A stretch of DNA of 49,271 nucleotides. It comes from Octopus bimaculoides. Lineage: Eukaryota. This document shows, one piece after another, positions 23,568 through 37,337 of the stretch (positions are counted from its first letter, which is position 1; every line of letters starts with the position of its first letter). The translations under genes and the position numbers were made by a program. The notes below the pieces were generated by a model. It searched no databases. It had not been told where the DNA came from and worked only from the letters and a program-made list of their open reading frames with translations. Where the stretch lies: contig NC_068995.1 of assembly GCF_001194135.2 (NCBI RefSeq), positions 16,463,212-16,512,482 on the forward strand. Reading direction: 5' to 3'.

Positions 23568-25050
23568 AGCTATAATCAGTACAAACGCACGAATGATGTC
23601 ATAAATAACAGTACCGCTGATAGTTGTTGTTGACAAATAACAGCATTAATTTTATTCAAGGGAAAAGATCCCATTACTCCACTAGAACGTGTCGTTTACA
23701 TTCCACTGCAGTAATTGTTTTTACCTCAATTGACATCAGTGATTGGTTGAAATTACCGAAATACGACAACTTTTAACATGAAATAACTTTGAATATAAAA
23801 TTTTTTCTCTGCTCTGTAAGACAAAATATACAAGTATACGAAATTTTAAAGTGTTTCGGTAGAAAACACACTAAATAAAACATGAATAAAAAGTGGCACC
23901 CACCAAATCAGAAAGATTCTGATCTACTTTCCTTTGCTGTAAATTTTTGTTTGAAAAATTCGACTTCTATGTCAAGAAATACTGTAACATCTGTTTTACT
24001 ATATTTGTATGTTGGGGATGCTGTCTCTTACACTGTCTATTGCTAATCTCTTCATTCCTTTTTCATCTCCTCTGTAAGGTGTAACAAATTCAGCTCTATT
24101 TTCATCACTTCATCGCAATACATTTATATATAAGCAGATATCTATACACTTTTATATATAAGTACACAAACACAGATTATCATCATGATCATCATTCGAC
24201 ATCCAATTTCTATGCAGGCATGTGTTGGACAGTTTGACTGGAGCTGGCCAGCCAGGGACCTCTCTAGTCTCCAGTTGTTCTTTGTGGCATGGTTTCTAAG
24301 GCTGGATACCCTTCCTAACACAGAGATAGATACACACACACTCACACACATAGAGACAAATGTATACATATTTGTTAATGTCTATAAAAATATATAAATA
24401 CCTATCTCTCCACCCTGAAGAGGGCGGCCACATTTATCTAATATTTATATCCACTATTGGTTGCATATCATTGATTCTTTTTCAAGTACTACATCTGCCA
24501 ACATTATGGCATAATTCTGAGCCTCTAGAAACAACTTTCTGCCCTTAGTTTTTTGTGTATTCTGTGTAAACCTACTCTGTTAATATATAAATAAATACTT
24601 ACTCATGAATGTTCATCATCCGAATATTTTCAGTCTTTGCTTCTCTCTATTTATGTGTATATATGCATTTATATTTTATACATCCAGCCCGAGCAGTTTT
24701 TATTTGTTTATTTTCATCATTATCTTTATAAAGGAGTAGTGTGTGTATATAAATATATATGTGTGTGTGTATGTATGTATGTATGTACATAAATACAGAC
24801 AGACTTACATAAATGCACAAACTCATCTAGAGCAAAGTATAACTGAACTTGGGTTCTTGGGGGGAGGAGGCAAGTCCTTAATTCATTCACTACAAATGCT
24901 TACAATATCTGGGACTATAAAAGTCTGCAAGACCTTCTTTAAATTCAAAGAATGATTAACAAAACAAGAATGCATTCTTTCACAACCTTGCTACCAAGTA
25001 GGTGGCTGGTCAAATTTTGGTCTAAATTAAAAACAGAAAGATAACAAGAT

Positions 25051-25085
<35 letters not shown>

Positions 25086-25422
25086 NNNNNNNNNNNNNNN
25101 NNNNNNNNNNNNNNNNNNNNNNNNNNNNNNNNNNNNNNNNNNNNNNNNNNNNNNNNNNNNNNNNNNNNNNNNNNNNNNNNNNNNNNNNNNNNNNNNNNNN
25201 NNNNNNNNNNNNNNNNNNNNNNNNNNNNNNNNNNNNNNNNNNNNNNNNNNNNNNNNNNNNNNNNNNNNNNNNNNNNNNNNNNNNNNNNATATATGTATGT
25301 ATGTATAAATACACACACATATGTATCTTAGATGTAAGTATATGTATATAACATAAATGTGTGCATGTATATATGTGCGTGTATTTATGAATACATAAAT
25401 ATATAAGTATATTTAACTATAC

Positions 25423-25458
<36 letters not shown>

Positions 25459-25953
25459 TATTATATATATATATGTTATATAATGTATATGTATATATGT
25501 ATATATACTATATATTATATATATACATTATTTGTGTGTGTGTGTGTGTTATTATGTATATTATATATTTCACATATAACTTTCTACACACATACATGGG
25601 CCTGTGGGTGTGTTGTATATATTTCCAAATGAGGCATGGTGCCTCTGTGGTGCGGAACACTGGCTGAGCTGCTTCTCGTTTGGCTGGCTAATATTAATAT
25701 TGTTGTCCTGTTCTTTGATCATGTCTGAAATTGTTCCAGTCGTGTTATCAGAAATATGGACCCCCACCCCCACCACCACCACTACCGCCATACTCTCTTC
25801 TCTTTCTCCCTCCCTCCCTCTCTCTTTCTTTGCATACGCATAACCATGAATGTGTCTGTGCCATTAATTCTTGCTGCATGCCTGCAAAGAGTGCTCTTAC
25901 CATATATATATTTTGTTGTTGTTGTTACTTCTCTCTGCCTCTCTGTCTTGCTC

Positions 25954-25985
<32 letters not shown>

Positions 25986-26564
25986 CAACATCCTTGCTTG
26001 AATGAACTGGAATGCTTCTTTTTATACTTTTTTGTCTCTTTTGTTTATTATATTATTCTCCTATTTTTTTTTTAAACTAAAAAACTAAATATTACAACTG
26101 TATGTGGGAGGCGCGACTCAGAAATATAAAATTGGGGGAGAGAATATAACAAAAAAAAAACAAAAAGAAATGCATGCAAAACAATTGAAATAAAAATAAT
26201 ATCCAAGTTGTTTTTATCTGTTTACTTCATTTCAATTTTTTATAGCTTTCTAGGCATTTTCACACAATTGAAGTGTAAAAGACAAAAAGTGGGGAAAATA
26301 ACTTTCTTCATACTTATTCAGCCCTAATTTCTTATTTGATAATAAGCATTTATGTACATTAGTGTGTGTATATGAAATCATGTATAGTGATACAGTTGGT
26401 TGCACACACTCGAAATGGTTTGTTTATTTATTAAATTAATCTATTCTCAAGTTTCATTAAAAGTAAAAAATAATAAAAGAAATTGTTTTTTTTTACATTT
26501 TCTTTTGTTTCTTTACACACACACACACACACATTCAGACATATGTGACTGTGTGTATATATTC

Positions 26565-26630
<66 letters not shown>

Positions 26631-26653
26631 TTCTCTCTCTTTTTCTCTCTCTC

Positions 26654-26689
<36 letters not shown>

Positions 26690-26692
<3 letters not shown>

Positions 26693-27403
26693 CATCATCA
26701 TCATCATCGTTTAATGTCCGCTTTCTATGCTGGCATGGGTTTGACAGTTTGACTGAGGGATGGCAAGCCAGAAGGCTGCACCAGGCTCCAATCTGATCTG
26801 GCAAAGTTTCTACAGCTGGATGCCTTTCCTAATGCCAACCCCTCCGAGTGTGTAGTGGGTGCTTTTTTCATGCCACTAGCATGAGAGCCAGTCAGGTGGT
26901 ACTGGCACTAGCCATGCTTGAATGGTGCTTTTTATGTTCCACTGGCATGGGAGCCAGTCAGGCAGCACTGGCAACGATCACGTTTGAATAGTGCGCTTTA
27001 TGTGCCACCGGCATGAGTGCCATTCAGGTGGTATTGTCATCGGCAATGACAATGACTTCACTTGACTCAACAGGTCTTTGCAAGCGCAGTTTATTGCCCA
27101 ATGATTGAAGGGTACTCTTAAATGGGTGGGTTATGCTGTACTGGCATAGGTCATGGTTACGGTCTCACTTCGCTTCCTGGGTCTTCTCAAGCACAGCATA
27201 CCTCCAAAGGTCTCAGTCACTTATCATTGCATCCATGAGGCTCAACATTCAACGGTCAAGCTTCACCACCTCATCCCAGGTCTTTGTGGGTCTACTTCTT
27301 CCACAAGTTTCCTCTACTGCTAGGGTGTGACACTTTTTCACGCAGCTGTCCTCACCCATACACTACACCTGACCATACCAGCATAGTCATCTCTCTTGAA
27401 CAC
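26690..27403 (-). mobile_element. 5'-truncated RTE-type LINE (ORF2 C-terminus, 3' UTR with 66-bp repeats, (GAT)n tail)
   Basis: Minus strand LCWYG..GEDSCVKKCHTLAVEETCGRSRPTKTWDEVVK..DLWRYAVLEKTQEAK*, then a UTR ending in the (cat)n cgtttaatgtccgct tail on the + strand. Confidence 0.85.
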
Positions 27404-27432
27404 TACATATATATGTATACATATATGTATAT

Positions 27433-27793
27433 ATCATCATCATCTTCATTTAGCATCTGGTTTCCATGCTGGCATAGGTTAGATGGTTTGACTGAAACTG
27501 GTAAGCCAGAGAGCTTCACCAGGTGCCAATCTGATTTGGCATGGTTTCTACAGCTGGATGCACTTCCAAATCCCAACCACTCCTCAAGTGTAATGAGTGC
27601 CTTTTACATGCTAGCGGCACAAGTGCTAGTTATGTGGCACCGGCATCAGCTACAACTATGATTTCATTTGGCTTGATGAGTCTTCTGAAGTATGACATAT
27701 CGCCAAAGGTCTCAGTCACTTGTCATCACCTTCGTGAGGCCTAATGTTTGGAGATCATGCTTCACCACTTCGTCTTGTGTCTTGATCTACCTT
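27433..27793 (-). mobile_element. Second, more diverged 5'-truncated RTE copy in tandem
   Basis: Minus strand DEVVKHDLQTLGLTKVMTSD*DLWRYVILQKTHQAK* plus the same 3' UTR and tail. Confidence 0.8.
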
Positions 27794-27795
27794 TA

Positions 27796-27839
<44 letters not shown>

Positions 27840-28799
27840 TTTTATTCTTTTATTTGTTTCAGTCATTTGACTGTGGCCATGCTGGAGCATCACCTTCAGT
27901 CAAACAAATCGACCCCAGGACTTATTCTTTGTAAGCCTAATACCTTATCCTTGACCCTCAGAAAGATGACAAGCAACGTTAATATTGGTGAAGTTTGAAC
28001 TCAGAATGTAAAGCATTGGAAGTATTACTCAAGTGTATTTGTCCAATAAGCTCACAAATCTTCTAATTCAAATCCTACACACACACACACACACGCACAT
28101 ATACAAGCTTACATACATACATACAGAGAGAGAGAGAGAGAGAGAGAGATTGAAAGAATGATAATTGAGATTGCGTTAAGATTTCTGATTTCTACATTGA
28201 AAATGATATTTGTGTCTTCTTTGTGATTTTATTTTAAAGGATTTCTTCATTTTGCTCTCTTGTTAAATCCCAATCCATTGGAATCATTCTGGAAGGTTTG
28301 CCAAAATCAATTTGAAGGAGTGTTTTGCTGTTGTTGTTATGAAGCCAGTTGATATCATTAGAGCTACAGTAGTTAACAATAACTTATACCCCTATTCTTC
28401 ATCATCATCATTGTCATTGCTGTTGTTGTCATCAGCATTACCATTGTCACCATCACCACCACCACCATCATCGTCATCACCACCACTGCCATCATCATCA
28501 TCATCATCATCACCACCACCACCATGACTGCTTTTCCACGCATGCATGGGTTGGAAAGAAATTCCTGGGGCAGATTTTTTATGGACAGTTGCCCTTCCTA
28601 TTGCCAACTCCTACCTGTTTCCAAGGAAGATAATATTTACCCCATGACCAAGCTACTTTCCACAGAAGACTAGAAACAAAAGACACCACTTGTGTGAGGG
28701 TGACTTTCATTTACAACTATTGTGATATCAAGACAGATAGTAACAACTCACACACATGCGCACACAGATTCATACATATATATAATAATATAAATAATA

Positions 28800-29003
28800 T
28801 TCTTTTGCTTGTTTCAGTCATTTGACTGTAGCCATGCTGGAGCACTGCCTTTAGTTGAGCAAATCAACTCCAGGACTTATTCTTTGTAAGCCTGGTACTT
28901 ATTCTATCAGTTTCTTTTGCCGTACCGCTAAGTTAGGGGACATAAACACACCAGCATTGGTTATCAAGCGATGTTGGGAGGACAAACACAGACACACAAA
29001 CAT

Positions 29004-29050
<47 letters not shown>

Positions 29051-29220
29051 CATACATACATACACAACAGGCTTCTTTCAGTTTCTGTCTACCAAATCCA
29101 CTCACAAGGCTTTGGTCGGCCCAAAGCTATAGTAGAAGACACTTGCCCAAGGTGGCACGCAGTGGGACTGAACCCGGAACCATGTGGTTCGTAAGCAGGC
29201 TACTTACCACACAACCATGC
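28800..29220 (-). mobile_element. Full-length tRNA-derived SINE with internal (CA)n
   Basis: Reverse complement of the 11858-12187 family; a 3' fragment of the same family lies at 27838-27945. Confidence 0.85.
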
Positions 29221-29583
29221 ATATATGGGTACAGGACGTCACCAACAGTAAACAACATGAAATAAGAAAACAAATGAGTTCAATATACAAACATGAGAAA
29301 CAAATGGAGAACAGGACAAGTAACATAAAGAATGACCCTCCATCAGTTATTGGCTGTCCATCTACTTCCCATTTCGAGCATTGAACGACATTATGAGACT
29401 TCGACGACAGTTGCTCCCATAAGTACCAAAACAAAATTTTGGATTTATGGAGGGTCAAAGTTGGGAACAAAGACAGGACAGTGGAGACATACAAGAAAAC
29501 CCGAACAAAGACGAATATGGTGGGTCATTAGACCAGAACACGGGTAAAATAGCGAATGCCGGAGAAATATTTATATATACATA

Positions 29584-29651
<68 letters not shown>

Positions 29652-29712
29652 AATATATATATATACATATATAAACAGTTGTAGCATCGAAGGTGTTTAT
29701 ATATATATAAAC

Positions 29713-29964
29713 GGTTGCAGCAGTGAAGGTGTTTATAAGCCATTTAAGAAACACACAAAAACCGTTAGATTCACTTCAGCATTTAAATTAATTTGCCAAA
29801 ATATTTCAAATTTTGTTCATTGACAAAATTCTGTGCACCATGGAACAGGTCGCTGTCTCAAAGCGACGAAAATATTTTTGCAAATTAAATTTAAATGTTG
29901 AAATGAATCTAATGGTTTTTGTGTGTTTCTGAAATGGCTTATAAGCACCTTCCCCACTGCAATT
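29713..29964. mobile_element. MITE with about 95-bp terminal inverted repeats
   Basis: 29713-29806 matches the reverse complement of 29870-29964 (gaaggtgYttataagccattt.agaaacacacaaaaacc.ttagattca). Partial tandem duplicate of the left end at 29675-29698. Confidence 0.85.
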
Positions 29965-30311
29965 ATTTTCGTTCCAGCACACAATCTCAGATCAGGTCAC
30001 TTGCTATGCAAGTACATCTCGTATATANNNNNNNNNNNNNNNNNNNNNNNNNNNNNNNNNNNNNNNNNNNNNNNNNNNNNNNNNNNNNNNNNNNNNNNNN
30101 NNNNNNNNNNNNNNNNNNNNNNNNNNNNNNNNNNNNNNNNNNNNNNNNNNNNNNNNNNNNNNNNNNNNNNNNNNNNNNNNNNNNNNNNNNNNNNNNNNNN
30201 NNNNNNNNNNNNNNNNNNNNNNNNNNNNNNNNNNNNNNNNNNNNNNNNNNNNNNNNNNNNNNNNNNNNNNNNNNNNNNNNNNNNNNNNNNNNNNNNNNNN
30301 NNNNNNNNNNN

Positions 30312-30346
<35 letters not shown>

Positions 30347-30736
30347 TATTCTCTCTGGTTGCATTAAATATGTCACAGAGATATACATGGAATTCTGTAA
30401 TAAGAAACCTATTTTGTTATTGGCTTTCATGCTATACATTGAGGTGTGTCACCACCATTTTCATCTGGAAAAAAAAAAAGCATAATAAAAGAAACAAAAA
30501 ACAATGAGTAATCAACCATTTTTATGTCTGAAAATAATAATTTTTAAACATATATGGCCGTATATAAATAAAAACGTTTGAAGAGAAATACATTAGGGAA
30601 TAAATATGAATAAACTTTTAGCTTTTCCTTGAATCACCATTATATTTACTAGCACATTACATCAATCTACGCACTTGGGAGCTGTTCCATATTAAACATC
30701 ATATGAAATCTATGAGAAAATTACGTCTGGCATTTA

Positions 30737-30844
30737 ATGGATTAGCCTTTGTAGAACATCAAGTTTAATGTCCAGTATAATCCCTTTATGACTCTTTTTA
30801 GCATTACTGTGTTTACTTCCACCTGATGGCCTCTTTTGAGTCAT
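30737..30844 (-). mobile_element. pogo/Tigger-like transposase N-terminal (CENP-B HTH) remnant
   Basis: MTQKRPSGGSKHSNAKKSHKGIILDIKLDVLQRLI resembles the Tigger ..K.RK.ITL..KL..I.R. start. Confidence 0.5.
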
Positions 30845-31520
30845 TTTGGCTGAGGACAGTTCATTATATTCTATGTACAGTTTGTGTACAAAAGTGAAAT
30901 CCATTAGGGGCAGTAGCAGACAAGAAACCACCTAGGGGCAACAATAGACAAGAAATCTACTGTGTACCTCTGGCAGACAAGAAAATATACCACCAGTTAC
31001 CTCTAAATATAATTTTAATTATTATATACCTGTATATTGTGATTTTAGTTTTTCAAATTGTTAGAATGGAATTTTTCTTTCAATTTATAATTCCATAAGC
31101 ACTGAAATCGGGAGTTATACTTTACAACTTTAATAAATGCAGGGTTCTGTAGTGAAAATTCCACTAACTTTTGGGTTTCCCTTATTTGATTCTTCCTGCA
31201 AAATTTAACCTAGAATTCCAAGAGATTCAGGGCTGATAAAATCATAAAAGCCAAATGTAACCTCGAATTATATTTTGCTGTGTTAAAAATATGAAACATG
31301 TGGCCTTGTGGACAAGAGTACTTGCTTGAAAATCATGAAGCCATTATCTCCATTCTTGGTCCAGGTAGTGCATTGTTTCCTTGAGTAAGGCACTTCATTT
31401 CATGTCACTCCAGTCAACTTGACTGAAAATGAGTACCATTGGTAGCTGGAGGTTAATCTTGCAATGAACTGGTGTCCCATTCGGTGTGTGCATGTGGGTG
31501 GGCAGTCTGTCTTTTCTTGC

Positions 31521-31748
31521 TTAACTCCTGAGGATCTAAAGTGGCCATATCTGGCCCATATATTATACCTGTTTTATATTCAGATCAGACAGTTCTGGCC
31601 TCTCACACGTACCCTACAATGTCATTCTGAACATACACAATCACATAACCAAAATCTTGAAGTTGCGAGACAATAAATGATAAATTCAAATTAATGTAAA
31701 TAAATAAGCATTACATTTGACAAAGTAATATAAATACTTGACAGTTAA
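31521..31748 (-). mobile_element. piggyBac-like MITE flanked by TTAA
   Basis: TTAA at 31521-31524 and 31745-31748; the interior is the reverse complement of the 43485-43711 family. Confidence 0.7.
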
Positions 31749-32523
31749 CCACCTTGGAAATCATAAATTTTAGCCTCATGAAACTGTAGGCTTCAGGCAG
31801 ACTTTTTGTTAAAAACAGAAAGTATGCTTTGAATGATATGGGGATTTTCTAAACAAATTGGATGGCCCTGGCTGGAGAGTATTTTGATCATAAATCTGCC
31901 CATTGTGTATATAGATATCTGCCTAGTTGGTGCAAAACAAGGTGGTAAAAAAGTAGTAGCATAATACCAAAGGTAGAGTAATATACTTATCATTAAAGCC
32001 AAAAACATCTTCATAAACTGTTATTCAGTTTCATATTACTGTTTGTTGGACAGTTGTGATCATGCAAAAATCAAATTGATAGATTAATAAATGAGAACTT
32101 CTTAGTTGGTGTTAATTTTTTATTTTAGCATGGTCACAACTGTCTGGTGAACAGTAACATGAAACTCTGAGTAACAGTTTGTGGATATTTTTTCAGCTTT
32201 AATAAACCAGATATTTGTATAAATGGATTGGCGAAGGCTATGATGTTACTTGGTTTGCTACTGATACTTGTTGAATGAAATGGTGGCAAGAACTTCATTT
32301 GTGTACACTCATGGATGTATGCACATATACCACGCACTGTCCCCCCCCCCTATTAAAATATGCTTTATACACACAATGGCTGATTTATTAAAGAAGCACA
32401 AAGTATACAAATTAAATGCTTATGTAGTCATTGAATCCTTAGATGAAGGCATGTAGATAATCACATTATGGAAAGAGGTAAAAAGAAAAGTGTAACACAA
32501 CAGAGATAGATAGATAGATAGAT

Positions 32524-32554
<31 letters not shown>

Positions 32555-33045
32555 TTGGTTTGTAAGTAGATAAATAGATAGATGGATGGATGGATAGATA
32601 GATAGACAGTAAGATAGATAGAGAGATTGGTTTGTAGGTAGATAAATAGATAGATAAATAAGTTGACAGATTGATAGAGAGAGTGGTTAGATATAGTATA
32701 AACTAGATAAGCATGGAGATGAATAAATAGATAGATAAATAAATGAGAGCTTCCTAGCTTGGTGACATAAATCTTAGCTGGCATTAATCTCTAGGTGTGT
32801 CTCTGTCTCTTCCTCTACGTGTTCATATATACTCTCACACATGTACATATATATGCTTGCACGTATGTGATTGTGTGTGTGTGTGTGTGTGCCTTAAATA
32901 AACTTTATCTCTGAGCAAAATCTTATTTATGAATTTGGAAATCTCTTGTGCTTCGTTTGTGGAATTCTGATAGATCACTAGCCTTCTTTGCTCTATTATT
33001 TTGCCATTATGTAATTAATCTTCTATAGTGCTTCTTCCTATGTAG

Positions 33046-33164
33046 CATTGATGGAGCAATTTATGATTGCTTCAGTGTTCTTCTCGGCTACAAACCTGAC
33101 CGGTTTGCAGAGTATTTTGCAAATAACTACTTCTCTGAAATTAGAGACAATTGGCAAGTTTGCA
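33046..33164 (+). other. Candidate orphan exon (119 nt) of unknown gene
   Basis: Acceptor cttcttcctatgtag and donor GCA|gtgagc; open phase-2 frame IDGAIYDCFSVLLGYKPDRFAEYFANNYFSEIRDNWQVC. No homolog recognised. Confidence 0.3.
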
Positions 33165-33368
33165 GTGAGCTGCACGCTAATTACACATCTTCATTGGTAC
33201 TAATTAATGCGACAAGATGTCAAAGCACCCTGATAAACAACACTGGATAAATGGCGGTCTTGTTCAATCAGGCTTCTCTTCTTTCCAGTAATGAGGTCTA
33301 CTCTCCAACTTTATATCAATTACATACATACATACATATAAATATATACATACAACATATATAATATA

Positions 33369-33410
<42 letters not shown>

Positions 33411-34093
33411 AAACACATTGTGTGTATGTGTGCTTATGTGTATATGTGTAAGTTGTGCTTTTGTCTGTTTGTAATGGTTTATTTACAGATGTATAAAACT
33501 CTGCATTTCTATGTGTATATGTGTGTAGACTTGTTTTATGCCGTATTGTTATTTAGTTGAGTTTGTTATTATGAGATCCAGGTTCAGTTTTGTGCACTGT
33601 AGGATATTTAGATAATCTCTGGTGTTAGTCAAGATGGAATTTTAATAACAATGGATATTCCATTGTAGCATTTTAACATTTGATTGAAATCACACCAGTA
33701 TAAGAACTGTATTTTGCAACAATTAAACACTGCATGAGATTAATTAAAACTGTTCCACTTTAATATGCATTTGAGAATTTACAAAAAATATAATGTAGTT
33801 AAATTTTTGCAATAGAATTTGATAAAAAAAAATTGCAGCATTTCTAATTTAAGAAAACAAGTTTTTGGTTTTTGTGTGTGATCCTAAGCACAAAGGATTT
33901 TCTTTTCACAAATGTGACATGCAAATTAATGGTAAATATGAAAATCAAACAACTATTTTCCCAAATGATTTGTCTTATAAAAAATGATATATATTTGCTC
34001 AAGATTACAAGGAATTTTCAAACAGCCTGTAGCTTTGTCTTTTTGGTAGCATTGTTGCATTTTGGGGAGTTGTACTTTTTTTCCGTTTTTATA

Positions 34094-34440
34094 TTTTTAC
34101 TTGTTTCAGCTATTGAGCTTTGGCCATGCTGGAGCACTGCAGTGAAGGGTTTAGTCAAACAAATCCAACCCCTGTACTTTTCTTTCTAAGTCTGGTACTT
34201 ATTCTGTTGGTTTGTTTTGCCCCACTGCTAAGTTACATGGATATAAACAAACCAACACTGGTTGTAAAGTGGTTGGGACACAAAACAGACACACACACAC
34301 ACACATACATATTTATATACAGCAGGTTTCTACACAGTTTCCTGCTATCAATTTACTCACAAGGCATTGGTTGGCCAGAGGCTCTAAGTGAAGACACTTC
34401 CCTAATGTATCACAAAGTGGAACTGAGCCTCAACACCATA
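34094..34440 (-). mobile_element. Degenerate tRNA-derived SINE
   Basis: Reverse complement of the 11858-12187 family. Confidence 0.75.
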
Positions 34441-36447
34441 AAGAATGTTTCATCCTTTCCAAATCTGTATATATTCTTTTTTTATACATACACCGAAACA
34501 GTGAATTGACAGAATGATTAGAATGCAGCACAAAATACCTTGTGGTATGGGCTCCAGATGTCTGTGCTCCTAGTTCAAATTCCACTCATGTCAACTTTAA
34601 TTTTCAGATTTAAGGATCATAAAGTAAAGTACCAGTCTAGGATTGATACAGTATCAAAGTGCATTATGGCTCTTTGCTTTCTCAATTCTTAGGTCCCATC
34701 TGGCCCAAAGTGCCTTTAGTAGAGTTCCCTGTGCAAGCATTCTGTCCAGGCCACTGTTTAAATATAATTTTGTTGCTTCCTCCCATACAAGGGTATAATT
34801 TCTAATACTAAACCATACTATCTTCTTCTTACTTTCAAACATGTTGAAGAAACAGTCAGCTAAGATAAACATCTATAAACATCTACTTTTGGAAAAGCTA
34901 CCATTTCTAAAATGGTCGTAGCTAGATAATATCAAATCATCTTTGGATGACCTAAGAATTGCAAAAACAGAGTTTGGAAGAAGTGATTGCAAAAAGTGTT
35001 GACAAAAAATCAATACCCACTACATGTAGTCATTAATGACAATGAAGGTAACAGAGTCTTGTGGTAAGAATTTATATATTCAAGAATTTCATGAATTAGG
35101 CTGATGTTTAAGATCTTACTATAGAACCTGTAATACCACAAAAAGTTCCTCCAGCTGAATTCCTCCGTAATAGTCTTACCAAGATTATACAAATCACAGC
35201 CCTAGTTTACTGAGTACCACCCTGATTGGGTGCAAACTAGGAAGCCAATGAGAGATGTTCTAGATATGATACCCTGCTTAAGTCAATTGCTTCATGTGAG
35301 TTGACTCACAAAAAGGTAGATGACATTAGATACATTCTTCAAAAAGCAACCAGTATATGAAGGCTAACTATATTCCACAGCCTCATTCGGCCTGAATTTG
35401 ATTAAATTAATAGCAAGTAGTTTTGTGCCCTGGTAATTACAAATGATTAATTTAACCAGTGCTGTAATTTTATAATGATTATAATCATAATTAATCCTGG
35501 TTGCTAATTCTATTGTAACTTTAGGTCACATAGTATGAGCTTTTCTGAAGTTATCAAGTGCTTAGAAGATGTGATAATGACTCTATGGATTTTGCTGTCA
35601 TTTGCTGATGTCTGTCACACTTGTGTTTGTAACACTGATAAAAAATAATCTGTAAAACTTATGATTCTATACAATATTATAATAATCTGGTATAGAACTG
35701 CATCATTTTGTTTAATGATACATCTTTTAGGAAGGTATCCATACAGTCTGGACAGTTCATTACATATATTTGTATATGTTTGATAACACACACATACACG
35801 TGTATACAACATACATATATACATAAACAAAACTGTACTGGTTTGAGTGCCTTTTTTTTAATGTATTTTGAGTACATTTCCAGGCCAAGTTCCCTTATAT
35901 ATTTTATATCCTTTATTTTCTTCATATTTTGCTTGTTACTACCACTTTGTTCAAATTTCTCCAGAGATATCCTTTAGTAATAAATAAACATGTCCAATCT
36001 AATGTGTGTTTGACCGACACTAGTTCATTTACTTGTTTCCCATAAAAATTATGACAAGGACTCAGGGTTTCTGTTTTTATTTCATTTCTTTTTTGGTGTT
36101 TTTGTTTTTCACAAGAATGAGAGAAAAATGTTGTGAGATTTCTGCTTATCCCTCAGGGCACCACTAATGGAAGAGATATAGAGAAGGGAACAAAAACAAA
36201 ATATTCCTGTTGAGAATCCCAAACCTGGTTCTTGGAATGTATTGCTAAAGTATAGTTAGTTGCTCCAACATGGATATACCAAATACAAATAAAAACAAAA
36301 AGTAATATCAGTACAATAAACAAAATAAGAAAAATAAAAATGTTTCTTATAAAATCTCTATTGGAGCTTGGCATGTTTCCGTGTGTATATGTGTGTGTAT
36401 GCATGTGTATTTACTTCTATATATGTATGTACATGAATATGTATGTG

Positions 36448-36505
<58 letters not shown>

Positions 36506-36570
36506 CGTATGTATAGATATGTGTCTGCATATANNNNNNNNNNNNNNNNNNNNNNNNNNNNNNNNNNNNN

Positions 36571-36601
<31 letters not shown>

Positions 36602-36909
36602 TTAATATTATTCATCACTTCCAGCTAATCATGGTTTCTTATTTTGTGTTTCACACCTTTTTCTCTGCAGCATGTGAAGGGTTTTATTATTTTAGCAGAC
36701 ATCAAGGTTATTGGAAGCACTTTTGGTGCCATGCGTGTTTCTATTTTCATCTATTATTATTACTATTATCATTATTATCAATATTATTATCATCATCATT
36801 TCTTTTTTGTATGTTTGTGCATGAATGTGTTTGAACAGCTAAATGACTGTGTGTGTCTTTGTGTGCATGTGTTTAGGCATGTCTACCTGCTGATGTTTGT
36901 ATTGGCATT

Positions 36910-36949
<40 letters not shown>

Positions 36950-37337
36950 CGACTGTGTGTGTAGGTGTGTTCAACTCAGCCATATGCAAATACACACACC
37001 CATGCGCGCACACACACACACAAATGTCTCCTTGCTCAGTTATGTATGTGTGATGAGATATGTGATAATATAGTTTTGTTTTGGTAATATCTCTGTGTAT
37101 ATGTCTATCTATTTCATATATATTTTGAACATTCATAAAACTCTTCTCACTTTGACTGTTCCTGTTTCTTTCTTTGATTGTGAAATAATATAAACACCTC
37201 TATACTTGTTTGACTCTTCATCAATTATTTTTTCTTAGATACACTCATATATATATGTATATATATGTGTGTGTGTGTGTGTGTCAGTAAATGTGTTAAC
37301 CGCACGTGAAGAAATAGTAGGAAAAAAAAAATATATT

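Noticed and set aside
34654-34872. 72-aa minus-strand ORF (..IVWFSIRNYTLVWEEATKLYLNSGLDRMLAQG..)
   Set aside because: No recognisable homology, and the length is within chance expectation for this window.
34683-34961. Perfect 13-bp inverted repeat caattcttaggtc / gacctaagaattg
   Set aside because: It does not extend and has no TSD; about one such match is expected by chance in 49 kb of AT-rich DNA (rough estimate).
28240-35645. Phase-compatible chain of + strand exon candidates (32211-32252, 33046-33164, 34693-about 34790, 35524 onward; also 28240-28295)
   Set aside because: Frames were chosen after the fact and AT-rich DNA offers many AG/GT pairs. The joined peptide resembles nothing I know. 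Only 33046-33164 was kept as a lead.
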